Below are positions 8,422 to 17,599 of a DNA stretch of 64,000 bases, piece by piece. The notes under the pieces were generated by a model that saw only the letters and a program-made list of their open reading frames with translations, searched no databases and had not been told where the DNA came from. The stretch's first letter is position 1. Each line of letters begins with the position of its first letter. Both the position numbers and the translations under genes were made by a program. The DNA is from Candidatus Poribacteria bacterium (GTDB taxonomy: Bacteria > Poribacteria > WGA-4E > GCA-2687025): assembly GCA_963665845.2 (NCBI GenBank), contig OY762492.1, forward strand, positions 1,760,001-1,824,000. Reading direction: 5' to 3'.

Positions 8422-10272
8422 TCAACGCAGATGAAGCCAAACGCGCATCGGCGCCTCAACGCGGTTTGCCCATGCGTAGTACGGGATGGCGCGGAGCGTC
8501 GATTTTTCCTCCGACATGTCGGCGCGCCGCCTGTAAAGGCTGTTTTCCCAGCCTTCCGTTTCGCCAGCGACCCCCTCAAAATGAATCGCGCCGACGCCGT
8601 CCAGCAGCGCCTCGTCGAACGCATGCGTCATCTGTCCGTCCGCGACGACGCCCGCCGCCGGCGACCGTTCATCCTCCATACAATACACAAGCGGACCGCG
8701 CTTCAACGCCGTTTTTCCGGCGGTTGCCTCCACATACGGATGCGCCGCGATCTGCTCAATCGGCATCGGCAGCGCCAGACGGACGACATCGCCGCTTTTC
8801 CAATCGCGCTCAATGGACGCATACGCGCCTGGGGCGGACGCTTCCGCCGCCTCGCCGTTCACTTCGATTTTGGCTGATCGGAGCCACCCAGGCATGCGCA
8901 GGTTGAGCGCAAAACGGGCGGGCTTGTCCAGCGACAGCTCCATCTCTACCGCGCCGTCCCACGGATAATCGGTCCGCTGCTGAATGGAAACCTCGGCGCC
9001 GGCAACGTCCATCTTGGCGGAGCTGGCGGCGTAAAGATGCGTCCAGAGCGCGTTGTCGGAGGCGGAGTAGATCATCCCCGGAACCTGCCCGATGAGACGA
9101 ATGATGTTGGTCGGACAGCAGGCGCAACCGAACCAGCGCTGCCGTCGGTGGCGTCCTCGGCTGGAGAGCGGGTTCACATAAAAATAATGCCGCCCGTCCA
9201 GAGAGATGCCGGACAAGGCGCCGTTGTAGGTTGCCAGCTCGGCGACGTCGGCGTAGCGCGCTTCGCCGGTCGCGAGCAGCATGCGCCAGTTCCAGAGCGC
9301 GTTCGCAATGGCGCCGCACGTTTCGGAGTAGGCGATCTCGTTCGGCAGTTCGTAATCGCCGCCGAACGCTTCGCCCGCCCGGCGCGCCCCAACGCCGCCC
9401 GTGACATACATGCGCCGCTCGGTCATGTTCGTCCAGATGCGCGTCATCGCCTCCATGAGCGCCTCTTCGCCGGTCTCCATATACAGGTCAACGGCGCCCG
9501 CGTTCAGATACAACGCCCGCACCGCATGCCCGACGACCGAGTCCAGTTCGCGCGCCGGCTTATGATCCTGATGGTATTCGCCGCCTCCGATCAGGTTGTG
9601 TCCGCGCTTGTCCAGGAAAAACTGCGCCAGTTTCAGATAGCGCGCCTCGCCTGTTTCGCGGTACAGCTCAACCAAGCCCATCTCGATCTGCTCATGTCCG
9701 GGGACGCCCTCTTTTTTTCCGTCGCCGAACAGGTTGTCGATGCAGTCGGCGAAGCGGAGCGCGACATCCAAGAGCGAATGCTTGCCTGTGGCGCGATGGT
9801 GCGCAGCCGCGGCGGAGAAGAGATGCCCGGCGCAGTACAGCTCATGCATGTCGCGCAGATTTGTCCACCGCTGATCCTCGCGGTCGAACATATAATATGT
9901 GTTCAGGTAGCCGTCCTCGCATTGCGCCTGCGCAATCTCGGCGATGACCTCATCGGAGAGCCGTTCGACCTCTCCGCCGCCTTGGTACGCAAGCGAGTAT
10001 GCGCACCCTTCGAGCCACTTGTAGACGTCCGAGTCGTTGAAGTACAGCCCCTGAAAATCTTTCTCGATCTTGCCGGCGGCGCGTCTGAAATTGTCGATGC
10101 GCCCCGTTTCTTCAAGGATGCGATGCTGCGTCGGGAGCGTTGTTTCGCGCAGCTGTTGAATCTTCGAAGCCCAGAAGCGGTCCTCCAATTGAACCGCCTC
10201 GATGGGTACCGGTTTGAGCCGCGCGTTCGGGCTGTTGGAGGTGTCAACGGGCGGGGTGTTTCCATACGGCAT
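8422..10272 (-). CDS. Glycoside hydrolase family 127 (beta-L-arabinofuranosidase, HypBA1-like)
   Basis: FNDSDVYKWLE, HELYCAGH, GHAVRALY, YSETC, FYVNPL, CACCPTN and IPYYAWANR motifs. ATG at 10272 preferred over TTG at 10290. Confidence 0.92.
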   Translation of the reverse strand: MPYGNTPPVDTSNSPNARLKPVPIEAVQLEDRFWASKIQQLRETTLPTQHRILEETGRIDNFRRAAGKIEKDFQGLYFNDSDVYKWLEGCAYSLAYQGGGEVERLSDEVIAEIAQAQCEDGYLNTYYMFDREDQRWTNLRDMHELYCAGHLFSAAAAHHRATGKHSLLDVALRFADCIDNLFGDGKKEGVPGHEQIEMGLVELYRETGEARYLKLAQFFLDKRGHNLIGGGEYHQDHKPARELDSVVGHAVRALYLNAGAVDLYMETGEEALMEAMTRIWTNMTERRMYVTGGVGARRAGEAFGGDYELPNEIAYSETCGAIANALWNWRMLLATGEARYADVAELATYNGALSGISLDGRHYFYVNPLSSRGRHRRQRWFGCACCPTNIIRLIGQVPGMIYSASDNALWTHLYAASSAKMDVAGAEVSIQQRTDYPWDGAVEMELSLDKPARFALNLRMPGWLRSAKIEVNGEAAEASAPGAYASIERDWKSGDVVRLALPMPIEQIAAHPYVEATAGKTALKRGPLVYCMEDERSPAAGVVADGQMTHAFDEALLDGVGAIHFEGVAGETEGWENSLYRRRADMSEEKSTLRAIPYYAWANRVEAPMRVWLHLR

Positions 10273-10276
10273 CGGA

Positions 10277-10867
10277 TCATTGCCTTTCAAAATGAGCGAA
10301 GTCGATCAAGAAGACGGCGCCGAGAAGCAGCGCCTTTGTTTCGGGGGGCGCCTCCCGCGGGAACCTTACGCCGAACGCGTCGGCGTCCGTGAACGCCTCT
10401 CGCGCAATGCCGCCCCAGCGTTTTGTTATGACGCCTGTTTCGTTTCCGTTTTGCATGATGAAGAACGTCCATGGTTTGGTGAGCGGACCGTGGAGTTCGC
10501 AGATTTCCTGACCTTCGCGGTTGCGTATGTGGTAGTTTCGCTGGACGGGGTTCAGCGTCTTTTCGATGGAGCCGAGCGGGGAGCGTCCGCCGTCCAGTAT
10601 ATCGACGGTCTGTACGAAGAAGCGGAACGGGCGCTGAACGTAGAGAGCGGGCGAACCTTTCTCTAAAACGACGAGGCTGAAGGGGCGCTTCGGTCCCAGA
10701 AATTGCCGGGCGAGGAGAGAGCCGCGCTGCTCGCCTGCGTCAAACAGTTTCACTCCGTTCGTGTCCATCACCTCATACCGGTTCGTCATCTCCCAGCCGG
10801 TCAGTATTTCGCCCCACTCTTTCAGCTGCCGAACGGCGAGGGCGTTGATCGATTCTAGCTGCCGCAT
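10277..10867 (-). CDS. Phospholipid scramblase/LURP-one (tubby-like) family protein
   Basis: VRQLKEWGEILTGWEMTNRY, ITKRWGG..REAFTDADAFGVRFP, KALLLGAVFLIDF..FE. Confidence 0.85.
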   Translation of the reverse strand: MRQLESINALAVRQLKEWGEILTGWEMTNRYEVMDTNGVKLFDAGEQRGSLLARQFLGPKRPFSLVVLEKGSPALYVQRPFRFFVQTVDILDGGRSPLGSIEKTLNPVQRNYHIRNREGQEICELHGPLTKPWTFFIMQNGNETGVITKRWGGIAREAFTDADAFGVRFPREAPPETKALLLGAVFLIDFAHFERQ

Positions 10868-11082
10868 TGCGTTCCTCCGATAGCGCGTCTCGTTCCATGG
10901 GCATGATACCGCTTTTTTCTTTTAAACGCATCCGTCGCTCCGCGCGCCGTTATCTGCGTTCACCTTCAGAATGGTCCCGACCCTAAGGGTTATCTCAGAA
11001 ATTGTCTTAACTCAATGGACGAAATCGATGATGTACTGTATTCTAAAAACGACGGCGCGTTTCCTCATGAAAGGAGCATGAC

Positions 11083-12231
11083 ATGACCTTCTCCCCTGTC
11101 TCAAGGCGCTGGGCGTTTCTGGCGTCAGCCGCGCTCTCTTTTGTTCTGTTTTGGATCGAATCCCTGTCGGCGTTTGCGGCCGTTCCATTGCCGAAACCGC
11201 TTGAGGATGTGACGAAGCTGGAAAAGCCGACCCTCTCATTTATGAAGGTAGATCCTGTTCAGTATCGCATGTTTCAGATTTGGCTTGTTGACGCGGACGG
11301 CGAAAACGAACGGCTTTGGATGGACACCGGCGGAAAGGCGAGATTCTTATCCGTGGAATGGTCGCCGGACGGCAAACGAGCGGCGATTTTCATGCTTGAT
11401 TCAACCGACTGGAGCGACGACACCCCCTACATCCTTGATCTAGAGACGGGGCGGGCGACAAACCTCGCGGCATGGACTCCTCTGCCTGTAGGCTTGACCT
11501 TTAGTAGGCCTTGCTGGTCGCCGGACGGCAAATGGCTTGCGATGGACGCAGACGGCGAGCGCGTTGACGATATTTACAAGCTGAATGTGAACACGCGCAA
11601 ATTGGTACGGCTAACCAACATGCCGTCCGGCCGCAATATGTCTCCAAGATGGTCGCCGGACGGTCAAACGATCGTTTTTCTCGGGGCGTCGGATACGAAG
11701 AAGTACGTTAGCGATGTCTATACGATGGACGCCAAAGACGGCAAAAACCGCGTGAACCTAACGCAATCCAACTTCAGCAGCGAGAACGCGGTCTGGTCTA
11801 CCGACGGCAGATGGATCGCTTTTTCCGCCAACCGCGTTCCAAACCTTGATCAGCCATACAGATTGCAGGTCTATGCGATGCGCCCAGACGGTTCTAACGT
11901 TGAAGCGCTCACCTTCAACGACGACGGCGCCGATAGTCCAGATGACTGGTCGCCGGACGGCAAATGGCTCCTTTACTCATCGGCTGCGCTGGGGAAGGGC
12001 GGAAATGCTTCAACCGTCTCCATCAAGATGATGCATATCGACACTAAAGAGGTTCGGCATGTTTTGGACGTGCGCATGAAACCCCGCCCATACAATTTGT
12101 CGCCAAGATGGGTCATGGCGGGCAAGAGCCGCTTCCTCTCGGTCGCCCCTGCGGATAAGAAACATGGGCAGTCGGAAGAGGCGGATGAGGCAGACGCAGA
12201 ACCGCAGGAAAACGACAGCGGCGCCGAATAA
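11083..12231 (+). CDS. Secreted TolB-like (PD40) beta-propeller, paralog of the 40-44 kb array
   Basis: AAAGGAG RBS, signal peptide, repeated WSPDG blades, shared PLEDxTKxExPT N-motif and WVxAGKSRFLSV C-motif. Confidence 0.88.
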   Translation: MTFSPVSRRWAFLASAALSFVLFWIESLSAFAAVPLPKPLEDVTKLEKPTLSFMKVDPVQYRMFQIWLVDADGENERLWMDTGGKARFLSVEWSPDGKRAAIFMLDSTDWSDDTPYILDLETGRATNLAAWTPLPVGLTFSRPCWSPDGKWLAMDADGERVDDIYKLNVNTRKLVRLTNMPSGRNMSPRWSPDGQTIVFLGASDTKKYVSDVYTMDAKDGKNRVNLTQSNFSSENAVWSTDGRWIAFSANRVPNLDQPYRLQVYAMRPDGSNVEALTFNDDGADSPDDWSPDGKWLLYSSAALGKGGNASTVSIKMMHIDTKEVRHVLDVRMKPRPYNLSPRWVMAGKSRFLSVAPADKKHGQSEEADEADAEPQENDSGAE

Positions 12232-12310
12232 AGCGGCAAAAGGCTGCCGCGGATACAGAACGCTCTATCCGCTAGGCGCCCGCCCAGGCGGCGTTGTCAA
12301 CCGCCAAATA

Positions 12311-12478
12311 CTGACCTTATGCATAAAGTTGGGACATTTGAACCGACGATCGCTCTATTCATGGGAAAAAGGCGCCGCCAAACAGTTCGTCATTCCCGCG
12401 TAAGCGGGAATCTAGAGGCGCCGCAGAAGACGTCCGCGTTCGCATGCCGAGATGTCCCAACTTAAGACGTGAGGTCAG
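12311..12478 (+). mobile_element. Complete 168-bp MITE with ~27-bp imperfect TIRs and 7-bp target-site duplication
   Basis: CTGACCTTATGCATAAAGTTGGGACAT...ATGTCCCAACTTAAGACGTGAGGTCAG. Flanked by CCAAATA at 12304-12310 and 12479-12485. Internal dRS3-like hairpin at 12392-12411. Confidence 0.82.
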
Positions 12479-12570
12479 CCAAATAGACATCTTAAGATTC
12501 CCGTTTTCACGGGAATGACGGGCGGGGCGGACACTTTACGGGAATGGCGGCGGCGGGCGGAGCGGACGCC

Positions 12571-13635
12571 TTAGTTCTGCTGGGCTTGCGCCTTCTCATA
12601 CGCGCGCCATTCCGCCGGCGCCGCTTTTTCCAACGACTCTTGCGCCGCTTCATACGTTCGCTTTACCTCATACGCTTTCTGCATCGCCTGTTCAAACGCC
12701 TTCTGCGCTGTCTTCCATGCGTTCCATTCTGCAGGCGCCGCTGTTTTCTGCGCTTTCTCCCATGGCGCCTGCGCCGCTTCCATCGTCTTCTGCGCCTCCT
12801 CCCGCGCCTTCCTCCACATCTCCTGTTCCGCTCTCAACTCTTCCGTATTTTTCATCTGCGCCTCCTGCGCCTCGTACGCCGCTTCCTGCGCTGCCTTCCG
12901 CGCCCTCTCATACGCTTTCCATTCTGCAGGCGCCGCCGTTCTAAACGACCTTCCGCCCCCCTCCGCCTTCCGCGCCGCTTTAAACATCGCCTTTTCCGCC
13001 TCCCTCTGCGCCGCCGCCGCTTCATCATACACGCGCCATTCCGGTACCATCGTTCTCAACGCCTCCGCATGCGCGTCCAAAACTCCCTGCCAAGCCATAT
13101 ACGCCTCATGATAGGCGCGCCATTCCTGTATCCGCTCTTTCCATGCCTTTTCTGCCGCCATGCGCGCATGGAACACTGCCTCCTGCGCCTTTTCAACTGC
13201 GTTCCATTCTGCAGGCGCCGCCGCCCTCAACTCCTCAGCCATCCACCATGACTGCTCCCATTCCCGCCGTGACTCCTCCCATTGCATTCTCTTTCCCATC
13301 CTTGCCGCTGCCCTCGTCTCGATGCTATGCGTCTTTTCATATGCGTTCCATTCTGCAGGCGCCGCCGCTGTCAGCGCCTGCTCTGCCGCCTTCAATGCGC
13401 TCCATTCCGCCGGCGCGGCCGCCGCCGAGCGCGCCTGCTCCGCCGCATCTAACGCCCTCCATACCGCCGTCAACGCCTTCAGCTCCGCCTTCAGCGCCTG
13501 TTCTGCCGCCTTGAACGCTTTCCATTCTTCAGGCGCCGCCGCTGTTATATCCTGCTCAGGGGTTTGGGAGATGCATCCCGCCAACAGCCCCGCCGTTAGC
13601 AACGCCGCGGCAACCGCGTTCAACCTATTTCGCAT
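12571..13635 (-). CDS. Lipoprotein with AAAPAEW helical repeats, unknown function
   Basis: Start MRNRLNAVAAALLTAGLLAG-C (lipobox). About 8 copies of (A/T)AAP(A/E)EWxA separated by Ala/Glu/Lys-rich helices. Confidence 0.75.
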   Translation of the reverse strand: MRNRLNAVAAALLTAGLLAGCISQTPEQDITAAAPEEWKAFKAAEQALKAELKALTAVWRALDAAEQARSAAAAPAEWSALKAAEQALTAAAPAEWNAYEKTHSIETRAAARMGKRMQWEESRREWEQSWWMAEELRAAAPAEWNAVEKAQEAVFHARMAAEKAWKERIQEWRAYHEAYMAWQGVLDAHAEALRTMVPEWRVYDEAAAAQREAEKAMFKAARKAEGGGRSFRTAAPAEWKAYERARKAAQEAAYEAQEAQMKNTEELRAEQEMWRKAREEAQKTMEAAQAPWEKAQKTAAPAEWNAWKTAQKAFEQAMQKAYEVKRTYEAAQESLEKAAPAEWRAYEKAQAQQN

Positions 13636-13682
13636 CGTCTTGACCCTTTCTATTTTCGTTTCTTTTTTATGGAATGGCTGCG

Positions 13683-14663
13683 CTAGGCGCCTCCTGTCGC
13701 AATATGGCAGGCGGCGGCGCGCCCTTCGCCGATGTTGACAAGCGTCTGCGGCGTGTTCGCGCAGGACGGTTCCGCCATCGGACAGCGCGGATGAAAAGCG
13801 CACCCGGACGGCGGATTGGCGGGGCTGGGCGCGTCCCCAGACAGACGCAGCGCCGACCGCTCCGCCGACGGATCCAGCGACGGAACGGCGCTCAACAGCG
13901 CTTTTGTGTAGGGATGAACAGGATTCTCATACAGCTCCGCCTTCGGTCCCGTCTCCACGATTTTTCCAAGATACATGACGGCGACCCGGTCCGCGATGTG
14001 GCGCACAACGCTTAGATCATGCGAGATGAACAGATAACTCAACCCGAGCCGCTCCTGCAGATCTTGCATGAGGTTGACAACCTGCGCCTGCGCCGAGACG
14101 TCCAGCGCCGAGACAGGTTCATCCGCCGCTATCAGGTCCGGTTCCAGCGCCAACGCGCGCGCGATGCCGATGCGCTGCCGCTGCCCGCCGCTGAACTCAT
14201 GCGGATAAAGCGCGGCGTGTCGGGCGTCTAATCCGACCGATTCTAGAAGCTCCGCCGCCCGTTCCCATTTGCCGCTCGGTCGGCAGAGGCGGTGAATGCG
14301 CAGCCCTTCGGTCACAATGTCGGCGACATTCATGCGCGGGTTGAGCGATCCGAACGGGTCTTGGAACGCCATCTGCGCTTTCCGCCTCCATCTGCGCAGA
14401 CTCTCTTTGTCAAGGTCGAAGATGGAGACAGGCTCTCCGTCTAGGTCGAAAACGGCGGAGCCGGCGGTCGGCTCTTCTAGGCGCAGAATGGAGCGCGCCG
14501 CGGTCGTTTTTCCGCATCCGCTTTCGCCGACCAGGGCGAGCGTCTCGCCTCGTTCCAGTTCAAATGAGACGCCGTCCACGGCGCGTATGACCGTTTTTTG
14601 TCGGCGAAACGGCGAGCCGACATAAAAATGCGTCTTGAGATCGTGTACTTTCAACAGCGGCAT
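13683..14663 (-). CDS. Oligopeptide/dipeptide ABC transporter ATP-binding subunit (OppF/DppF-like)
   Basis: [33 protein letters not shown] and [10 protein letters not shown] motifs. Confidence 0.92.
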   Translation of the reverse strand: MPLLKVHDLKTHFYVGSPFRRQKTVIRAVDGVSFELERGETLALVGESGCGKTTAARSILRLEEPTAGSAVFDLDGEPVSIFDLDKESLRRWRRKAQMAFQDPFGSLNPRMNVADIVTEGLRIHRLCRPSGKWERAAELLESVGLDARHAALYPHEFSGGQRQRIGIARALALEPDLIAADEPVSALDVSAQAQVVNLMQDLQERLGLSYLFISHDLSVVRHIADRVAVMYLGKIVETGPKAELYENPVHPYTKALLSAVPSLDPSAERSALRLSGDAPSPANPPSGCAFHPRCPMAEPSCANTPQTLVNIGEGRAAACHIATGGA

Positions 14664-14770
14664 GCAAATAGAGTGCGCAAAAACGGCGCGTCGCGCAACT
14701 GGACGGCAGCCTTGGCGGTACGCTTATACGGAGGTTTCATTTTAACCATAAAGCGTTCGCGCCGCTGGGC

Positions 14771-14812
14771 GTCATTCCCGCCCTTGCGGTAAAATGTGCG
14801 GGAATCTTAAGG
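14771..14812. repeat. Expanded-loop dRS3-like hairpin
   Basis: GTCATTCCCGCCCTTGCGGTAAAATGTGCGGGAATCTTAAGG; same form at 8127 and 31560. Confidence 0.7.
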
Positions 14813-14875
14813 CATCACAGCCGCCGCTCCCATCCGCTGACAGGATCCACTTCCATTCCGCTGGCAGGAGGCCCG

Positions 14876-15949
14876 ATGATTCCGCAGGAAGTGATCGATA
14901 TATTGGTGGAGGAAATGGACGACCTGACCGCCGCGAAGCATCTGCTCAATATCGGCGGTTTATTTCCGCTTTCCCCCGACTGGACCTGGCGCCCAGAGCG
15001 AGAGTATGCTGTGGAATACGCCGACCGCGTCCTGGCAAAAGACCCGACCTCGCGCGACGCCCTGCTCGTAAAGCTCTATGCGGGGACAGGATCGCATCTT
15101 GAGATTAGCCGAAGACTCATGGAACTGTACCCTGACGATCCAGACACAATGGCCATTGCAACTAGGGGCTTGGTGCGAGATCAACCTGAAGAGGTCATCG
15201 CCGCGCTGGAGCGTTTATTGCCGGAAGAAGGGCCGTATTCAAATGAGGAACTGCATGAAAGTCCCGCCATCTCCTACGAGCGGCTGGATATGCTGGACAT
15301 AGCGGCGATGCATTATCTTCTCGGCGCCGGGTTTGACGAGAGCCATTTTGGGAAGATGGCGTTTGCGCCGCCGGATGAACTTAGAGACCCGCATGGGTAT
15401 GGTCCGCGCGGTCGGTGTGCTTTCATGTATATGAATTTGATGTTCAGGGGAGGGCGGAACTACTCGTCCATCTGGGAGGAACGGGGACCGGACGCGGCGG
15501 CAAAACAGACGCCAACCGCGCCGAGCGCGCCGTCTCATGGACATCCCCATGGGGCGTCCCCGGACGATCCGCATGGCGCGCCTCCGCCGCCTGACCATCC
15601 AGACGCCCCGCGCCTTGAAGGCGCGCCGCCCCTTCCGCCGCCCGGCGCGGAGATGGACATGTCCGCGGCATACGCCGACTTTGCGAAGGCGTACCAAGAT
15701 GCGTTTGAGATGGAGTACGGTCTCTCTGAAGCGACGCCTGAAGGTTATATGAACGCGCTGTTGGGCATGGCGCGCGCCTTCGCCAAAGCGGGCGACGCCC
15801 AGCATGCCCAGGACGCTTACAACGCCGTCCGCAAGCGCCATTCGCGCGAGGAGGTTGAGCGGGTCTTCCGCCGCTTCGACGAACAGGAGCGTCTGAAACG
15901 GCAGCCACCGAACGGCGAGGAGGAAGACGACAGCGGCGGGGAGGAGTGA
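14876..15949 (+). CDS. TPR-like hypothetical protein, shorter paralog of 16022-17467 (possibly 5'-truncated)
   Basis: Shares VIxILVExMDDLTAAK, EYAxEYADRxLAKDPTSRDALL, YERLDML and the ~85-aa C-terminal domain with its neighbour. Lacks the N-terminal TM anchor. Confidence 0.68.
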   Translation: MIPQEVIDILVEEMDDLTAAKHLLNIGGLFPLSPDWTWRPEREYAVEYADRVLAKDPTSRDALLVKLYAGTGSHLEISRRLMELYPDDPDTMAIATRGLVRDQPEEVIAALERLLPEEGPYSNEELHESPAISYERLDMLDIAAMHYLLGAGFDESHFGKMAFAPPDELRDPHGYGPRGRCAFMYMNLMFRGGRNYSSIWEERGPDAAAKQTPTAPSAPSHGHPHGASPDDPHGAPPPPDHPDAPRLEGAPPLPPPGAEMDMSAAYADFAKAYQDAFEMEYGLSEATPEGYMNALLGMARAFAKAGDAQHAQDAYNAVRKRHSREEVERVFRRFDEQERLKRQPPNGEEEDDSGGEE

Positions 15950-16021
15950 GCGGCTTGCGGCGCTAGCGCCAAGGCGTTATGCTGTTCCTAGATGGCTTAG
16001 CAACTTGGAGCGGTCAAGACG

Positions 16022-17467
16022 ATGAAAACAACGCAGCGCTCATCACACCGCAGGGCGCGCCTCGCGCTGCTGGCAGGCGCCGTCTTACTGGCGGCGCTGG
16101 CTGTCGCCGCCGCTCTCTTCCTCCGCGCGGGCGATCCGGCGCTTGCAGAGGAGAGCCGCGCGGAAGAAGCTCCTGTCAGCGCGGAGAGCGGCGCCAAGAT
16201 CGAACCAACAACCGCCGCCCCCGACATAAAAGAGGTACCCGCAGATCCGAATCTTCGTCTTGAGCGGATTCTAAGCGGAATATACGCCGCTCTAGGAAAC
16301 GAAACAAATCCTGAGGGCCGCGAATGGCTTGAGCAGATCGGGTCCAATATGATTGCTGAAGGACTGGGCGACGACGAAATAAGCCGCCGCCTCTCCGCTA
16401 GGCTCCTTTCCATGAGAGGGATCTCCCCGAAGAAACAACTCTCGGAAAAGCAGATACGCATCCGCCAGTACTTGCGCGAGCAGCGCGGATCTGTTTTACT
16501 TCACGGCAAGAAGACGCCGCGCGCCGTGATCGAGATCTTGGTGGAAGGGATGGACGACCTGACCGCCGCCAAGTACCTGTACAACGCGGGCAGGGGTGAA
16601 TCTTATCCAGAAGCGGGGGGCGAGCGATGGATTCGAAGGGAAAAAGAGTACGCCATCGAATACGCCGACCGCGCTCTAGCGAAGGATCCGACCTCGCGCG
16701 ACGCCCTGCTGTTGAAAGCCTACGCGAATGTAGACGCGGTCGAATCGGCGCGGCTGCTGGTTGAACATCATCCGTATGACGAACGAGCGGTCGCCGCTGC
16801 CGCAAGCGATCTGTTTCTCCATTATCCAGAGGAGGCGATTGTCGCCATTGGGCGCATTCTTCGGGAAGATTATCTGCATTCCAATTCGCGGTTCCATATG
16901 CTTCTCGGCAACGCCTATGAGCGGCTGGATATGCTGTATGAGGCGGCTGATCAGTTTCAAAAAGCGATGGTCGTCGGCGGCGCGAGGGCAGGCCGCTGGC
17001 GGTTGTCAGGGCTGCAGGAAGGGAATCCCGCTTATCAACCCATCTGGGAAGAGCGGTTGGCGGGCGTTGAAAATTTCGCCCCTGCGCAGCAGTATCAGCC
17101 GCCTTACATCTTCAAGTTTCCGAAGCGGTCGTTGGATCCGCCGACGCCGCCGGACGCTCCTCGCCCTAAAAGTCCGCCGCCCAGCGAAGAGATCGACATG
17201 GCGGCGGCGTACGCCGACTTTGCCAAGGCGTACCAAGATGCGTTTGAGATGGAGTACGCCCTCTCCGAGGCGACGCCCGAAGGCTACATGAACGCCTTGC
17301 TTGGCATGGCGCGCGCCTTCGCCAAAGCAGGCGACGCCCAGCGCGCCCAGGACGCCTACAACGCCGTCCGCAAACGCCATTCGCGCGAGGAGATTCAGCA
17401 GGTTTTCCGCCTCCTTGACGCGCAGGAGCGGCAAAAACAGCAGCCGCCGAACGACGAAGAGCCGTAA
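16022..17467 (+). CDS. Membrane-anchored/secreted TPR-like hypothetical protein
   Basis: N-terminal hydrophobic helix, TPR-like helices (HMLLGNAYERLDMLYEAADQFQKA), Pro-rich linker, conserved C-terminal domain. Confidence 0.75.
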   Translation: MKTTQRSSHRRARLALLAGAVLLAALAVAAALFLRAGDPALAEESRAEEAPVSAESGAKIEPTTAAPDIKEVPADPNLRLERILSGIYAALGNETNPEGREWLEQIGSNMIAEGLGDDEISRRLSARLLSMRGISPKKQLSEKQIRIRQYLREQRGSVLLHGKKTPRAVIEILVEGMDDLTAAKYLYNAGRGESYPEAGGERWIRREKEYAIEYADRALAKDPTSRDALLLKAYANVDAVESARLLVEHHPYDERAVAAAASDLFLHYPEEAIVAIGRILREDYLHSNSRFHMLLGNAYERLDMLYEAADQFQKAMVVGGARAGRWRLSGLQEGNPAYQPIWEERLAGVENFAPAQQYQPPYIFKFPKRSLDPPTPPDAPRPKSPPPSEEIDMAAAYADFAKAYQDAFEMEYALSEATPEGYMNALLGMARAFAKAGDAQRAQDAYNAVRKRHSREEIQQVFRLLDAQERQKQQPPNDEEP

Positions 17468-17599
17468 GATGAATGCTTGATCGCATATGAAGGCGGGCGG
17501 TTTCTGCAGCTTCCGCGGGAACCGCCCGTATCGCGTTACGGCGCTCCGATTACCTGAAACCGCAAAAGGCGCTATACTGCGCATGAAAAGGAGACGCCT

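Noticed and set aside
9037-10392. Long antisense or alternate-frame ORFs (e.g. 9037-10392, 3564-4499, 6506-7444, 18442-19362, 35717-36655, 48803-49729)
   Set aside because: Shadow ORFs of well-supported genes, expected at high GC, with no motifs of their own.
10982-11005. IS terminal repeat (CTAAGGGTTATCTCAGAAATT)
   Set aside because: No matching opposite end or transposase in the window.
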